Below, one piece after another: positions 1-11,993 of a stretch of DNA of 48,702 nt. Origin of the DNA: Selaginella moellendorffii (Eukaryota; Plantae; Lycopodiophyta). Within the stretch, counting starts at the first letter, position 1. Each line of letters begins with the position of its first letter. The notes under the pieces are model-generated. The model was not told the DNA's origin. It saw only the letters and a program-made list of their open reading frames with translations, and did not search any database. The position numbers and the translations under genes were made by a program. The DNA lies in assembly GCF_000143415.4 (NCBI RefSeq), contig NW_003314342.1:49499-98200 (forward strand). The letters run 5' to 3'.

Positions 1-966
1 CATTTTGGAGAATGGTGATTTTACCACAAAGAGTCTCACACCTTTACAAGCTGATACGAATTTTCATTAGCGCAAAAGAAAAATCTTATACTAAAGCTAA
101 ATGGCAAGGATGAAAAGAAGGTAGTGAAAGGCACTTTGAATGTTGAAATTACACTCACTCGAAGCCAACTTTTCACTATAACACTTTACCTTAGAGTTAC
201 ATTGCTCAGAGAGTTCTCGCCTAAGAAGGAAGAAACTTTAATCCCATCTATGGCCATTGTAATTGAGCTAGGAGATTGTGATGATGAAGTTTCTACAATC
301 AATATAAAGATTGGTAAGAATCTATTATGTGGAACTCTTATTGATGGTGGCTTAAGTATAAATATTCTAGAAGAGAGTATTTGCAAAGAATTAGGCCTAG
401 CCCCAATTCAACCAACCCATTTAATATACAGATGGCTAATGACCGAAATGTTAAGCCCATTGGAATTATTAAAAATCTCTTAACCAATATAGTTGGCCTA
501 AAATACAAACTTAATTTTCTTGTGCTTAAAATAACACGACAAAATTATGCCTACAAAACTCTACTATGCAGACCTTGGCTAAAAATTGTTTGCACAAACT
601 AAGACTGGAAAAATAATTTCTTATATATAGAGCAAGGCAACCAAAAAAGGTATGTGCTCATTACTTCCACCATACAATTGGAAGGAAATATTGACCTCAA
701 AACTCAATTTTATAATTGGGAGGAAGGCTTAGACGATTTCCAAAAACAACAAATCTTAAAAAAAAATTCTGAAATTGAGCTAATTTCAGAAGTTGATCTT
801 TATTTAATATTCAAAGGAATACTTAGACAAGAAACCCATAAACCAAAAATTGGTTCTGATATAAAAGATTTTTCCTTAAAGGAGGATCCTACTTATAAAA
901 TTAATCAACATAGAAACTATATTTTACATGTTTCTTGTGATCAACCACTTGAGCAAATCAATTTAG
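1..966 (+). mobile_element. Degenerate Ty3/gypsy gag-protease remnant (truncated)
   Basis: Retropepsin-like motifs LIDGGLSINIL, PFNIQMANDRNVKPIG and YKTLLCRPWLK spread over frameshifted ORFs. Ends at EQINLV, the usual pre-RT linker. Confidence 0.75.
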
Positions 967-3066
967 TAGATCAACAACGCTTCAACCTCAACTGATTCTA
1001 GCATCTGCTATAAATGGTGCAACACAGGTGAAATACTTTTATCAAGCTACTATCTTGCTTAAGGAGTGCATGTTGACTTGCAAGACATAGTAGAAGGAAT
1101 GCTCGAAGAATGGCAGGAAAACCTGGCTATAATGGCAGCTAACTGAACTAATGGGGAAAAGAGAGTGATTATGCATCTTGGTGATTGTCTCTGGAGACAT
1201 CGCGATGAGGTATATACATGGTCACACATTGATGTTTCTCATAGTTTTAACTTGCAGATATGTGGAGCACATATTTGCTATCTTGTTGCAAATGCTAGTT
1301 TTGAGCCTTTCTCCCCTTCTGCCACACTGTCTTATAGGTGCCGACCATTGTAAGTATCCACGCATGTATGCTAGTCCAGAAGCTATCCAGGTAAGCTGTG
1401 TTTGTCCTAACAATTGTTTAACTTTTTCTTCATCAGTGAACTGACATGTATGAATTTGCAAGAGTGACTGGCAATTCCCAGTTTATTTTACTTCCTTTTC
1501 AGCCATACAAGCTTATTTATGCATCGATGCTTACTGAAGCTGGAAAGATAAACAAAGCTTTAAAGTTGGTAGTGATTTTTAACTGTATCCTTCATTAACA
1601 CAAGGTTTCTCTTCGAAGGTATTGCCAAGTGGTGTTGAAAACATTGAAAACAGCAGGCCATGCAGCTGATGTGTGCAAAGAAGCGGCTGTAGCCTTGAAA
1701 GAGTGTCTTCGTATCCACTCTCAGGTTTGTAAGTGGACACTCAGCTTTTGTACTCACTTTCCTGTTATCCAGGGAGACTCGACATCAATTGTGCAACGGT
1801 TTTTTGGCAATATTGGTCTACACAAGATGATAGGCCCGTTGCCCCCAAAAGCTTTTGATAATGCTGATATTAATAACTGTCCCGCAACAGCTTCTAGCAG
1901 AAGCAGTGTAGCACTTGCTTCGTCGGCATCAATGGAACCCATAAGTGATAATACGAGAAGATCCAACATGCCAGCAAGAAGCATTTCTGAGCCTGACTTT
2001 AGGCCTGCACAGGTAACTCGACTTGCTCTTGTGTACCTTCGATTAAGACTTGTATTCTTTCATCAGATCATTAGTCCAGCAAAAGGAACACCAAACAGAG
2101 GCGTCTTTACTGTTTTTGTGCAAAGAGCAATGGGCTTCATAAAAACACCTTCGAAGGAGGTTTGTAGAAGCTTTGGAAAGAGCGCTAGCTGATTGATGGT
2201 TGGTATGTGATGCAGGCAAAGCTTGGTGACAGCAACAAGTTCAGATAGGGCTGAAGAAGGAGCTGAGGCACGAGTGCCAGAGCTTCCGTTGGCTTCTCCT
2301 CCCACAGCAAACAAGCTCGTCTTGCACGTGGAGGAGAACGGCACCCCTATTTCCATGTCTCCGGAGAGACCACAGCCAACTCCGGAAAGGCCGCAACCAG
2401 TTGTGAGTGGAATCCTACCAATGCCTCCGAGCAGTAACCAGTACGCAGCTCGCACACGTCAAAACGTTAGATCAAGGTACCGTTTTGGTCATTCCCAGCA
2501 CTCCAATCTCACGAGCTTTTTGCAGATATGTCGATACATTCAACAAAAGTAGTGTAACACCATCCAAGACATCATCAGACTCTCCTCCACTGTTTGGCGT
2601 GGTGCCAAAGGCAAGCGCAAAGCCTTTGGCTCCAGGGAGATTTTTCGTGCCTGCGGCCGCTGCTGCCGCTGCTCCAGATATCAACAGCAACCATTTGGTG
2701 GATCCTTCCTCGGCACCAGCCTTTGTCTCCGACATGGCGTTCTCAAATGGGAATGGAGCATTTGCTCAGCCGGTTGTACAGGATATGAGAAACGATCCGG
2801 GGCCAACGCCTGATCATCTCTCAAGCAGCTCTTCGCCAGCAATGTTCTATTCGAATCACTATCCAGCAGCACCATCGACCGTCTCATTGCCGCCACCTCC
2901 AGCTCTGGAAGTCACTCCACCAGTGATGGTCGAGCAGCAGCAGCAAAACCAACACCAGGAAAGTTCAATTCATCGGCACCACCATCAACAGTCCGGCACA
3001 GTGGGATTCGAAGCTGCCAGTTCCTCCGGAGTGTTTGGAGACGACTTGCAAGAGGTGGAATTGTAA
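967..3066 (+). pseudogene. SEC16: SEC16 (COPII scaffold, MAG5-like) 3'-half pseudogene with 8 introns of 46-56 bp
   Basis: Introns at 1028-1083, 1210-1257, 1391-1436, 1565-1618, 1725-1772, 2013-2066, 2160-2215 and 2477-2525. Spliced translation gives plant SEC16 motifs EEWQENLAIMAAN, HLGDCLW, AHICYLVA, LIGADH.KYPR.YASPEAIQ, YEF..GNSQFILLPFQPYKLIYA, YCQ.VLK, RSISEPDF, AKLG..NKF, VRSRYVDTFN and C-terminal DDLQEVEL*. Disabled by TGA at 1144 and 1437, a frameshift near 1330, a deletion near 2247 and a mutated acceptor at 1083. No 5' half. Confidence 0.93.
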
Positions 3067-5731
3067 ATCACACTCCACAAGTAAGTAGTAGTGACTGTTG
3101 CTGCTTGGAGCCACAAGCGAAGCGAGGAAGCAAGATAAATAAAATGGATCAAAAAATATAATTCAGAAATTAAATTCTATAAAACAATAAAATTTAAAAT
3201 GAAAACAGTAAAATATAACATAGAATATAAATAGAATAAAATAGAGTAATAAACTATACTACAAAAATTCTAGTTATCTCATTTTTTGAAAAAACTTTTT
3301 ATGGAGTTTCTTCTTGAACTATATAACAACATTAAATATCTGTACTACATTATTTAATAATCCTACCTAAATTCAAACAAAACTGATACAAGCTATTAGT
3401 ATCATAACACTACCCTTGCATTTCAAATTCTTTGTCAAGCTTGCATTTCAAATTTTCCCCCTCTTAGCCTTATGGTTTTTTCTTAGGTTTTATTATTTGG
3501 GTTCTCTAGGGTTCGCCGCTACTGGTTCATCTTAGGAGACATTTTTCCTTCCTCTCTAGCACATCCTAAGCACATATCTCTTCCACACTATTTTGGTTTG
3601 TCTATAGCCATGGTAAGTTTTTCTTTCCTCAAAACATATGGTTTCCATTATTATAAAGAATATACATTTGTATTTTAGTATTGCTTGGCATGAGACTATA
3701 TGATAGTGTAGTGTATTTACAAGAGAGTCATCCCATGCTTGTTTATAGGCATGAGAGCGTATGCCTAGAAATCTCAAAACAAAGAACAAAGATTTACAAG
3801 TGTAGCGCACGTGGTTTTGACCCTTTATTTTATAGTGATTTACCATAGAATAACCACGAGTGGAACCTAAAACCTCCATATGCCACATGTCACATGCCAT
3901 ATGTCCAAAGGATAGTGGTGTGGACCCGAATTTCAGAGCCTTAAGCCATTAAATGAAGGAATGGTGCCAAACTCCCAAGTATAGAGCCAAGGAGCAATGG
4001 CACTGGAGCACGGAATGACTCCCGAGCATATAGCCCAAGGAGTGAAGGGACAACAACATGGAATGACTTGGATTAGTCCTAAAGCAAAAAGCATCCCAAT
4101 GCCAGAACTAACACGCAAAACGGAGCCAAACAAAGTTTAGTGCTATTTTGGCATACTGATGGCCTAACGTGAGGATATGGGTACTCCACCAGCTAGCATG
4201 GAATGGAACTTGAGCTTAGACCCAAGCTGGACGTAGAATAAGGACAGGCATGTAAACAAGAGCTAAACTATGCCTTAAGTTGGTCGACCGTGCCCGACCT
4301 ACCCACTATCCCTATTATACATTTGGAACCCCCATAACCCCCCCACTTGAGGAACACATGCTTTGGGCTTTCACCCCAATCCTCCCTTAGTATCAGGAGT
4401 TAGTCTTTGGGACAAACTCGAAACTTACTAAATATGGAATGTCCCTAGATTGTGAATTTGGACACAGGATGAACACCATTGTGTTTAGGCCAATCTTTAC
4501 ATTTCGTAAATATGCCAAATGAGCAAATCTAAACACTTTCCATAAATAGCATTTGGGACCAAAATGAGACTAACACAAAGGGTATGATAGCAAGGGTGTT
4601 TGGCATACATGGTAAGGTATCATCCAACGATATTGAGGGACTAATCTCAATATGTGAGGGTTCTTGTTAAGCCAGTGCAAGACAGAGCAAAAGAGAACTA
4701 AAAAGCTAGACCAAGTATGCTTGGTTAATGTAAGCGACTAAATTTTCCATTCTACTTTAGTCACTTAACCACACCTCTGACCACTTGGAGGAGTCTCATT
4801 CACAACCTCCATAAGTCCAATCCAGGACTTGGGACTTGCTAGCCCCGAGAATGGCATCCATGCCACTCAACATTTGCACTTGGTCCAAGTGCTCCACGTG
4901 TCCGATCCCATGACCGACACTCAAAGGTACCACCGACATAGCAGCCCGTTACGCTAAGGCCATGCCCAATCACCTTTGCCACACTGGTAGTCCAATACCA
5001 CTTGCATCACCGTCTTGGCTCTCCAAGACTAGGCAAACTATCCGTGAGTGGTCATCTCAGATCCACTCCTTAGCATCCTTAGGATGCCCACCGACAAGGG
5101 GAATAGCCTTCCCCAATATCCCTCTGTCAGTCCCCACTAAGTTCCTTTCTGCCCCTGGCCGTGTTTGCCAACACTGCCACTGGATCGAGACCCACAGGCC
5201 CGACCACTAAGTCCCACGGTCCTCTGGGACTTCCTCACCACACGACTGTGTCCTTGGTCACTACCCCAGAGGACTGCTCCTCTTCCTTTCCACAGTCTGG
5301 GCCTTTGGGACAACATCTCGGAACACCGTGGCCTTACGCGAGCCACCTGGGTACTCTCCTCGCCTTCTGCCTTTAGGTGCTCTAGCCATGGGCTTAGAGC
5401 GGGTTCCGTTGAGCCACACCAGGTATCCAAGTAGGTAGTGCCACCCACACTTGGACTGGGAGCATCGGCCAGTCGATCTCCCGGGGGAACTAGAGCCGGC
5501 TCTTGAACACTTCACCAAGCTACCCCGCTTGTCGGTCTGTGTTCACTCTAGTCTTGGACTTCCCAGTGGGCAGCTCATCACCCAACACTGGGTCCGGCCT
5601 TCCTGGGCCAAACTGGCCTTTCCTGGCCAAACTGGCTCCACTGCAGTCCTCCCCCTACTATACTTTTGGAGCTCACCAAACCCCCCAGGGTCTGGGAGAC
5701 GAACGCTTTGGGCTTTCACCCTCTCAGGCTC

Positions 5732-6216
5732 CGGACTCGGACTCGGACTCGGACTCGGACTCGGACTCGGACTCGGCCTCGGTCTCGGTCTCGGTCCCGA
5801 TCTCGGTCTCGGTCTCGGTCTCGGTCCCGGTCTCGGTCTTGACTTCGGACTCCATCTCGGACTCCATCTCGGACTCCATCTCGGACTCCATCTCGGACTC
5901 CATCTCGGGTCCACCTCGGACTCCATCTCGGACTCCATCTCGGACTCCATCTCGGGTCCATCTCGGACTCCATCTCGGACTCCATCTCGGGTCCATCTCG
6001 GACTCCATTTCGGACTCCATTTCGGGTCCATCTCGGACTCCATTTCGGACTCCATTTCGGGTCCCTCTCAGACTCCACTTCGGACTCCAATTCGGGTCCA
6101 TCTCGGACTCCACTTCGGACTCCAACTCGGGTCCATCTCGGACTCCACTTCGGACTCCAACTCGGGTCCGTCTCGGACTCCACTTCGGACTCCAACTCGG
6201 GTCCATCTCGGACTCC
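5732..6216. repeat. Tandem array in LTR B: (CGGACT)n, (CGGTCT)n, 12-mer GGACTCCATCTC, then 35-mer
   Basis: Read directly from the sequence; it generates the low-complexity ORFs in all six frames. Confidence 0.97.
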
Positions 6217-9200
6217 CACGTGTCATGTGTTGGCCCTTTTGGGTCCCTTTTTGGAGCCTCGCCTTTTGCTCGCTTCGTGCTCGTTCCTCGAGCACTTCGT
6301 TGGGAGTTCCACTCCCGCTCTTGACTTTTCAAGTCGGAGCTTTTGGTCCAAACGTGTTACGCTCGTTTGGCTCTCGCTTCGGCCACTACCATGTGGCGCC
6401 CTTCCAGCTCCACTTTGGGGCCTAGGGATTTTGTGTCTCACAACTCCACCACCCATAGACGAAGTTCGATGTCCTCATCGAACGGTGAACCATTTTATAA
6501 AGTAACACCCGCATGTGTTACCATTTCCATCCTTGGCGTGTAGCCAATATTTGTCAATGGTGTGACATTGAAGGCTCACCATGCCTTCTCCATATTCGTC
6601 AATGGTTGGACATTGAAGGCTCACCATGCCTTTTGCATATCCTCTAAGGAGGGTAGTCTCTCCAACTTAGAGACTGATTGGACCACATATAGTGGTTCTC
6701 TCCTTTTATTGGTTTAGTTCTCGCTAAACCTCTTAGAGACCCTTCTCTAAGTCAATCCCACTACTCCTTCTCGAGTAGTCTCAATTTCCATCGATATAAC
6801 CTTTGCACTTTGGAACTTTGAATTTTGACTTCTTGGAGTCAATTTCCTAGGTGTCTCCGACACCTTGCCTTGCACCTTTTGTGCAACTCCACTTCCCATC
6901 CTAGGAAGTTCTCTACTCGAGGGCACCATCATCCTCTCTTCTATTTCGTGCCAAAGTTTCAGTTATCATACTTTGTGCTAGGGCTGTTCATGGCCCTATC
7001 ATTTGGCTACCTTACCGCTCCCTCCCTTGGAGCTTCCACTTTCGCCAAATCGGAGCATTTCGGAATCCCTCCTTGGAAACACACTTCCTTTCCCGCAACT
7101 TGTTAGCGTCCAACACATTAGTGTTCCTTGCCTAACTTTGTCACTTGGATTCCTTCCAAGGGATTCCACGGCCCTATCCTGGCCACTCATCTTTTGCTCC
7201 TATCCGTTGATTGTTGCACCAAGCAACATCGAATCTCTACCTCCCTCCTTGAGGTATTCTTTTGATTCCATAGCAAAGGCTCTGCTTTGCCAAGACTAGG
7301 GTGTTCACCCCTAGTAAGTCTCTTTTAGCATCTTCTGCTGTGGGCTCTATCCTCAGCCCAACTTTGTGACCCTCTCATGGGTCTCTTTAGAGACTACTTT
7401 CCTCGGACTCACTATGCCATCGCACGGACATAGTTTACTTCCCTTAGGTGCTTTTCCCACTTGGTCATCACGACCAAGCCACACCACCTTAAACAGTTCA
7501 ATTTCAACATTTTGAACCAGGAACTTCATTCCTTAGCCAACCAAGGACCTTGTCCTTATCTGGCCATAAGATCACCTGGTGATCTCACGTTGGCACCTTA
7601 ACAGAGTTGCCAAGAGGTACTTGGTCTTCTAGACCTCCAAGTTGTTGACTATAACCCCGGGGGCATCCCCCACACTTGGCGGTGCACCCAAGCTAGCCCT
7701 TACGGCCAAGGGTTCATAGCAACTGAGATTAGGTGTCCCCATCTCACTCACCACGACCTTGGTGCCACTTGCACCAAAGCGTTCAAGTTAGATATGCTGA
7801 GCTTTCACACTAAGCAATCTAACCGTGCATCACGACTCCGAGGCATCCCTCGCTTGGCGGTGTGCCCAAACCAGTCTCCCCACTGAGAGTCCATGACCAC
7901 CGAAATATGAGTGTCCTCGTATTCCAAACCATCACCACGCCCTAGTGATTTGGGACTCGAACCCAAGCACTAGAGGGTTGGGACTCGAACCCAACCTCCG
8001 CATATGCATCTACGGATGGCATCACACAAGATGCCTGGCGTGACTCCCCATGCCGGTGCACCAACTTATTTTTAAAGCGCGCTACAGATCACAGCTTAGG
8101 AACCTAGTTCCTCCAAGCTGCCAAGTCCTCTCACTTGACATGTCTGTGATCATGCATGGACTCCTCCATGCTCGGCCCCATGGCCCACCCTTTTTGAAGT
8201 TATCACCTTCAACCAGGGTATTTGTTCCCCCGACATGCCAATCTCGCTTGGCAAGTCCTCCGACCACTGTAACATGGTTCCTGCATAAGCGTGAAAGTCC
8301 TTGACCATGGACTTTTGTTCAAAGCCCTCTCTTTGAACACTCGGGAACTACTTCCCTAACCTTGATAGCCTTGCCTCATGGCAAGCTTCAAGACCACGCT
8401 TCTGCTGCGCCACTCTGATTTCGCGCGTTCCATGAACCATTTACACTTGGCCTTTCTAGGTACTAAGCTACCTAGAATTGTCTTTGGGAACCTTGAAGGA
8501 ACTCTGTCCCTCAGCTTGCTAAGGCCTCCCTTTTTGCAAGCCTTCCAAATGCCACATAGTCTAACATGGACAATTCCATATTTTAGACTCTCCATGGCAT
8601 CACGGTTGCTAGCGGCAACACCCTCGAGCCCCCACTTGATTCTCCACTCCTAGCTGGCATAACCAACCTTGGTTATGCCCTTTGATTTCTACGGTTCGGT
8701 TCTATCCCCTTACTTCTTGCTTTTTGGCTTCACACCTTTCCTTTGGTCATTCTCCTCCAGACCAGGAGGATAGCTTTGCACTTTCTATCATGCTTTAGCA
8801 AGTATTCTTAGGGATGAACCTACCCAATAGCCTAGGGAGTGGTTCCTCAATCCGGGTATGCTCACCTTATAATCCCACACACTGGGATTACATTGTTGCT
8901 TATGGGCCTTTACATGCCCGTCACTAGCCTTGCCAAAATTCCATTTTTGGCTTTGTCCAACTCGGGTAGACAGTCCTCTCCTGTCTCCGCAACCTTGGAC
9001 ATTTGGATAGCACCTTCTATCCATCATTCGCTAGGGACTTTGTCCCTTGGGCTTTATCCATTGCCCTCGCGACATCAAACACCACCTTCTAGTGTTCTAG
9101 AGTGTTCGGATGTCCCAATGATGGCTTTCTTGACAATGAGTATTTCCTTTTATGACATTGACTTACTATATCACAACACAAGCAACTTATCCCCCGTAAG

Positions 9201-11543
9201 GGTATATCCAACTTCCCTATGCTATTAAGAAGTCTTGGGTAGCTACCTTCTACCCGTTTAACCAGTTATTTTGCATCTCTTGCTTAGTTGCCTCATAGTT
9301 GTCAAGTCCTACAACTCATTGCTTGGTGCTTTCACACCTCCATCATTATCTGGGTCACCACACTCCAACTGCATGCTCTGCAGCTTAGGCTATGCTATTC
9401 CCATTTCCATTGGGATTCCTTTGGCAAGGGGTTCTCATGAACCCACCAACATAGCCTCAAGGTATCACACCTTGGCACATTTGGTGTCTCCACACCATCG
9501 GCTCCACGAGCCTACCTCTATGACATTTCCCCTTCGTGTCTAAGTCTTTGCCAAGACCAACACTGCTCTTTCTCATGCCAACCATCCGTCAGCACTGCAC
9601 CATAGAGGTCACACACAACTTTATGTCAAAGTTGTTTTCTTCTGGGAACACCTTTCCCATAACTTTAGCATGGCACATTTTGCCATCGATGAGATACCCT
9701 CTATTCTCATCCTTGGATCCTATGATCCCCCCCCATCCTTTGTGGGGTACAACACACCTCAGTCCAAATGCTTCCATCAGTCCTTTTAGGACTATCCGTT
9801 GACTCTACTTGAGTCATCCAGCAGTTTTGGACTTGGTTAATCCACAGACCCATAAGGTCCTACTTGTGAGGCACTAGCTCACTGGAATACACTTCTTGCA
9901 TTCCTGTCCTACTCAAAAGGACTATTTTCACAAGTGTTACTCCGACACTTGATTTTGTTCTCTGGGGGCAACCTTTGCCCCTTATGACTACTTGTCCATG
10001 TGATGAGAACACCAACTCATCCACTTAATACACCCCCAACTCCTTGGGTTGTTCCAGCATTTATTAGAGGTAGCCCCGGCTACCTTTTCAAGGACTTGAG
10101 TCCTCTTCCGTATTTGACCTCCCACGGTCATTACTTCTGGTCTCACATTCATGAGCACCAACCTCAACTATATGAGGATAATCTTGTGACTCCTTTATTG
10201 TTTTGGAGTCTCTATCTTTCCCGTGATCCCAACTTTAGTTGTTTACCACAACAACCTTAGCCAATTTGCTGAGACAAATGCTCATCCGGATCACATCCTC
10301 AACTCAATGAGGAAAACCTTGCACTGTTCCCAAGATCCCAAAGTCGTTCCATTATTGGCCCTTTTCTATCCACCACCTCGTCTACAAGTTCACACATGAA
10401 CTGTAATGGGGAGCCATGTCTTCCCGACTTGCTACTCCTCAAGGATAGGCCCACTCCTTGGACCTTCCAATGCCAACACTAGTGGTGATATACTTGAGCA
10501 CCAATAAAAGTCGGACTAAGGAACAGCTCCGATACCAAATTGTAAGCGACTAAATTTTCCATTCTACTTTAGTCACTTAACCACACCTCTGACCACTTGG
10601 AGGAGTCTCATTCACAACCTCCATAAGTCCAATCCAGGACTTGGGACTTGCTAGCCCCGAGAATGGCATCCATGCCACTCAACATTTGCACTTGGTCCAA
10701 GTGCTCCACGTGTCCGATCCCATGACCGACACTCAAAGGTACCACCGACATAGCAGCCCGTTACGCTAAGGCCATGCCCAATCACCTTTGCCACACTGGT
10801 AGTCCAATACCACTTGCATCACCGTCTTGGCTCTCCAAGACTAGGCAAACTATCCGTGAGTGGTCATCTCAGATCCACTCCTTAGCATCCTTAGGATGCC
10901 CACCGACAAGGGGAATAGCCTTCCCCAATATCCCTCTGTCAGTCCCCACTAAGTTCCTTTCTGCCCCTGGCCGTGTTTGCCAACACTGCCACTGGATCGA
11001 GACCCACAGGCCCGACCACTAAGTCCCACGGTCCTCTGGGACTTCCTCACCACACGACTGTGTCCTTGGTCACTACCCCAGAGGACTGCTCCTCTTCCTT
11101 TCCACAGTCTGGGCCTTTGGGACAACATCTCGGAACACCGTGGCCTTACGCGAGCCACCTGGGTACTCTCCTCGCCTTCTGCCTTTAGGTGCTCTAGCCA
11201 TGGGCTTAGAGCGGGTTCCGTTGAGCCACACCAGGTATCCAAGTAGGTAGTGCCACCCACACTTGGACTGGGAGCATCGGCCAGTCGATCTCCCGGGGGA
11301 ACTAGAGCCGGCTCTTGAACACTTCACCAAGCTACCCCGCTTGTCGGTCTGTGTTCACTCTAGTCTTGGACTTCCCAGTGGGCAGCTCATCACCCAACAC
11401 TGGGTCCGGCCTTCCTGGGCCAAACTGGCCTTTCCTGGCCAAACTGGCTCCACTGCAGTCCTCCCCCTACTATACTTTTGGAGCTCACCAAACCCCCCAG
11501 GGTCTGGGAGACGAACGCTTTGGGCTTTCACCCTCTCAGGCTC

Positions 11544-11993
11544 CGGACTCGGACTCGGACTCGGACTCGGACTCGGACTCGGACTCGGCCTCGGTCTCGG
11601 TCTCGGTCCCGATCTCGGTCTCGGTCTCGGTCTCGGTCCCGGTCTCGGTCTTGACTTCGGACTCCATCTCGGACTCCATCTCGGACTCCATCTCGGACTC
11701 CATCTCGGACTCCATCTCGGGTCCACCTCGGACTCCATCTCGGACTCCATCTCGGACTCCATCTCGGGTCCATCTCGGACTCCATCTCGGACTCCATCTC
11801 GGGTCCATCTCGGACTCCATTTCGGACTCCATTTCGGGTCCATCTCGGACTCCATTTCGGACTCCAATTCGGGTCCCTCTCAGACTCCACTTCGGACTCC
11901 AACTCGGGTCCATCTCGGACTCCACTTCGGACTCCAACTCGGGTCCGTCTCGGACTCCACTTCGGACTCCAACTCGGGTCCATCTCGGACTCC
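11544..11993. repeat. Second copy of the LTR B tandem array (one 35-bp unit shorter)
   Basis: Same array; the LTR length difference 1714-1679 is 35 bp. Confidence 0.97.

Noticed and set aside
967-3066. Functional SEC16 gene
   Set aside because: 5' half absent, two nonsense codons, a frameshift, a deleted conserved motif and a mutated splice acceptor.
5732-6216. CRISPR-like array
   Set aside because: Contiguous tandem units without unique spacers; no cas genes; eukaryotic context.
5451-6425. Long ORFs in all six frames (GLGLGL, SDSDSD, RDRDRD, SPRW repeats), duplicated at 11263-12228
   Set aside because: By-product of a stop-free tandem array within the LTR; the 35-bp indel shifts frames between the two copies.
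4729-6442. Retrozyme (hammerhead ribozyme in a non-autonomous LTR)
   Set aside because: No CUGANGA...GAAA core with supporting stems seen by eye in LTR A or B. An Infernal scan would be needed to exclude it fully.
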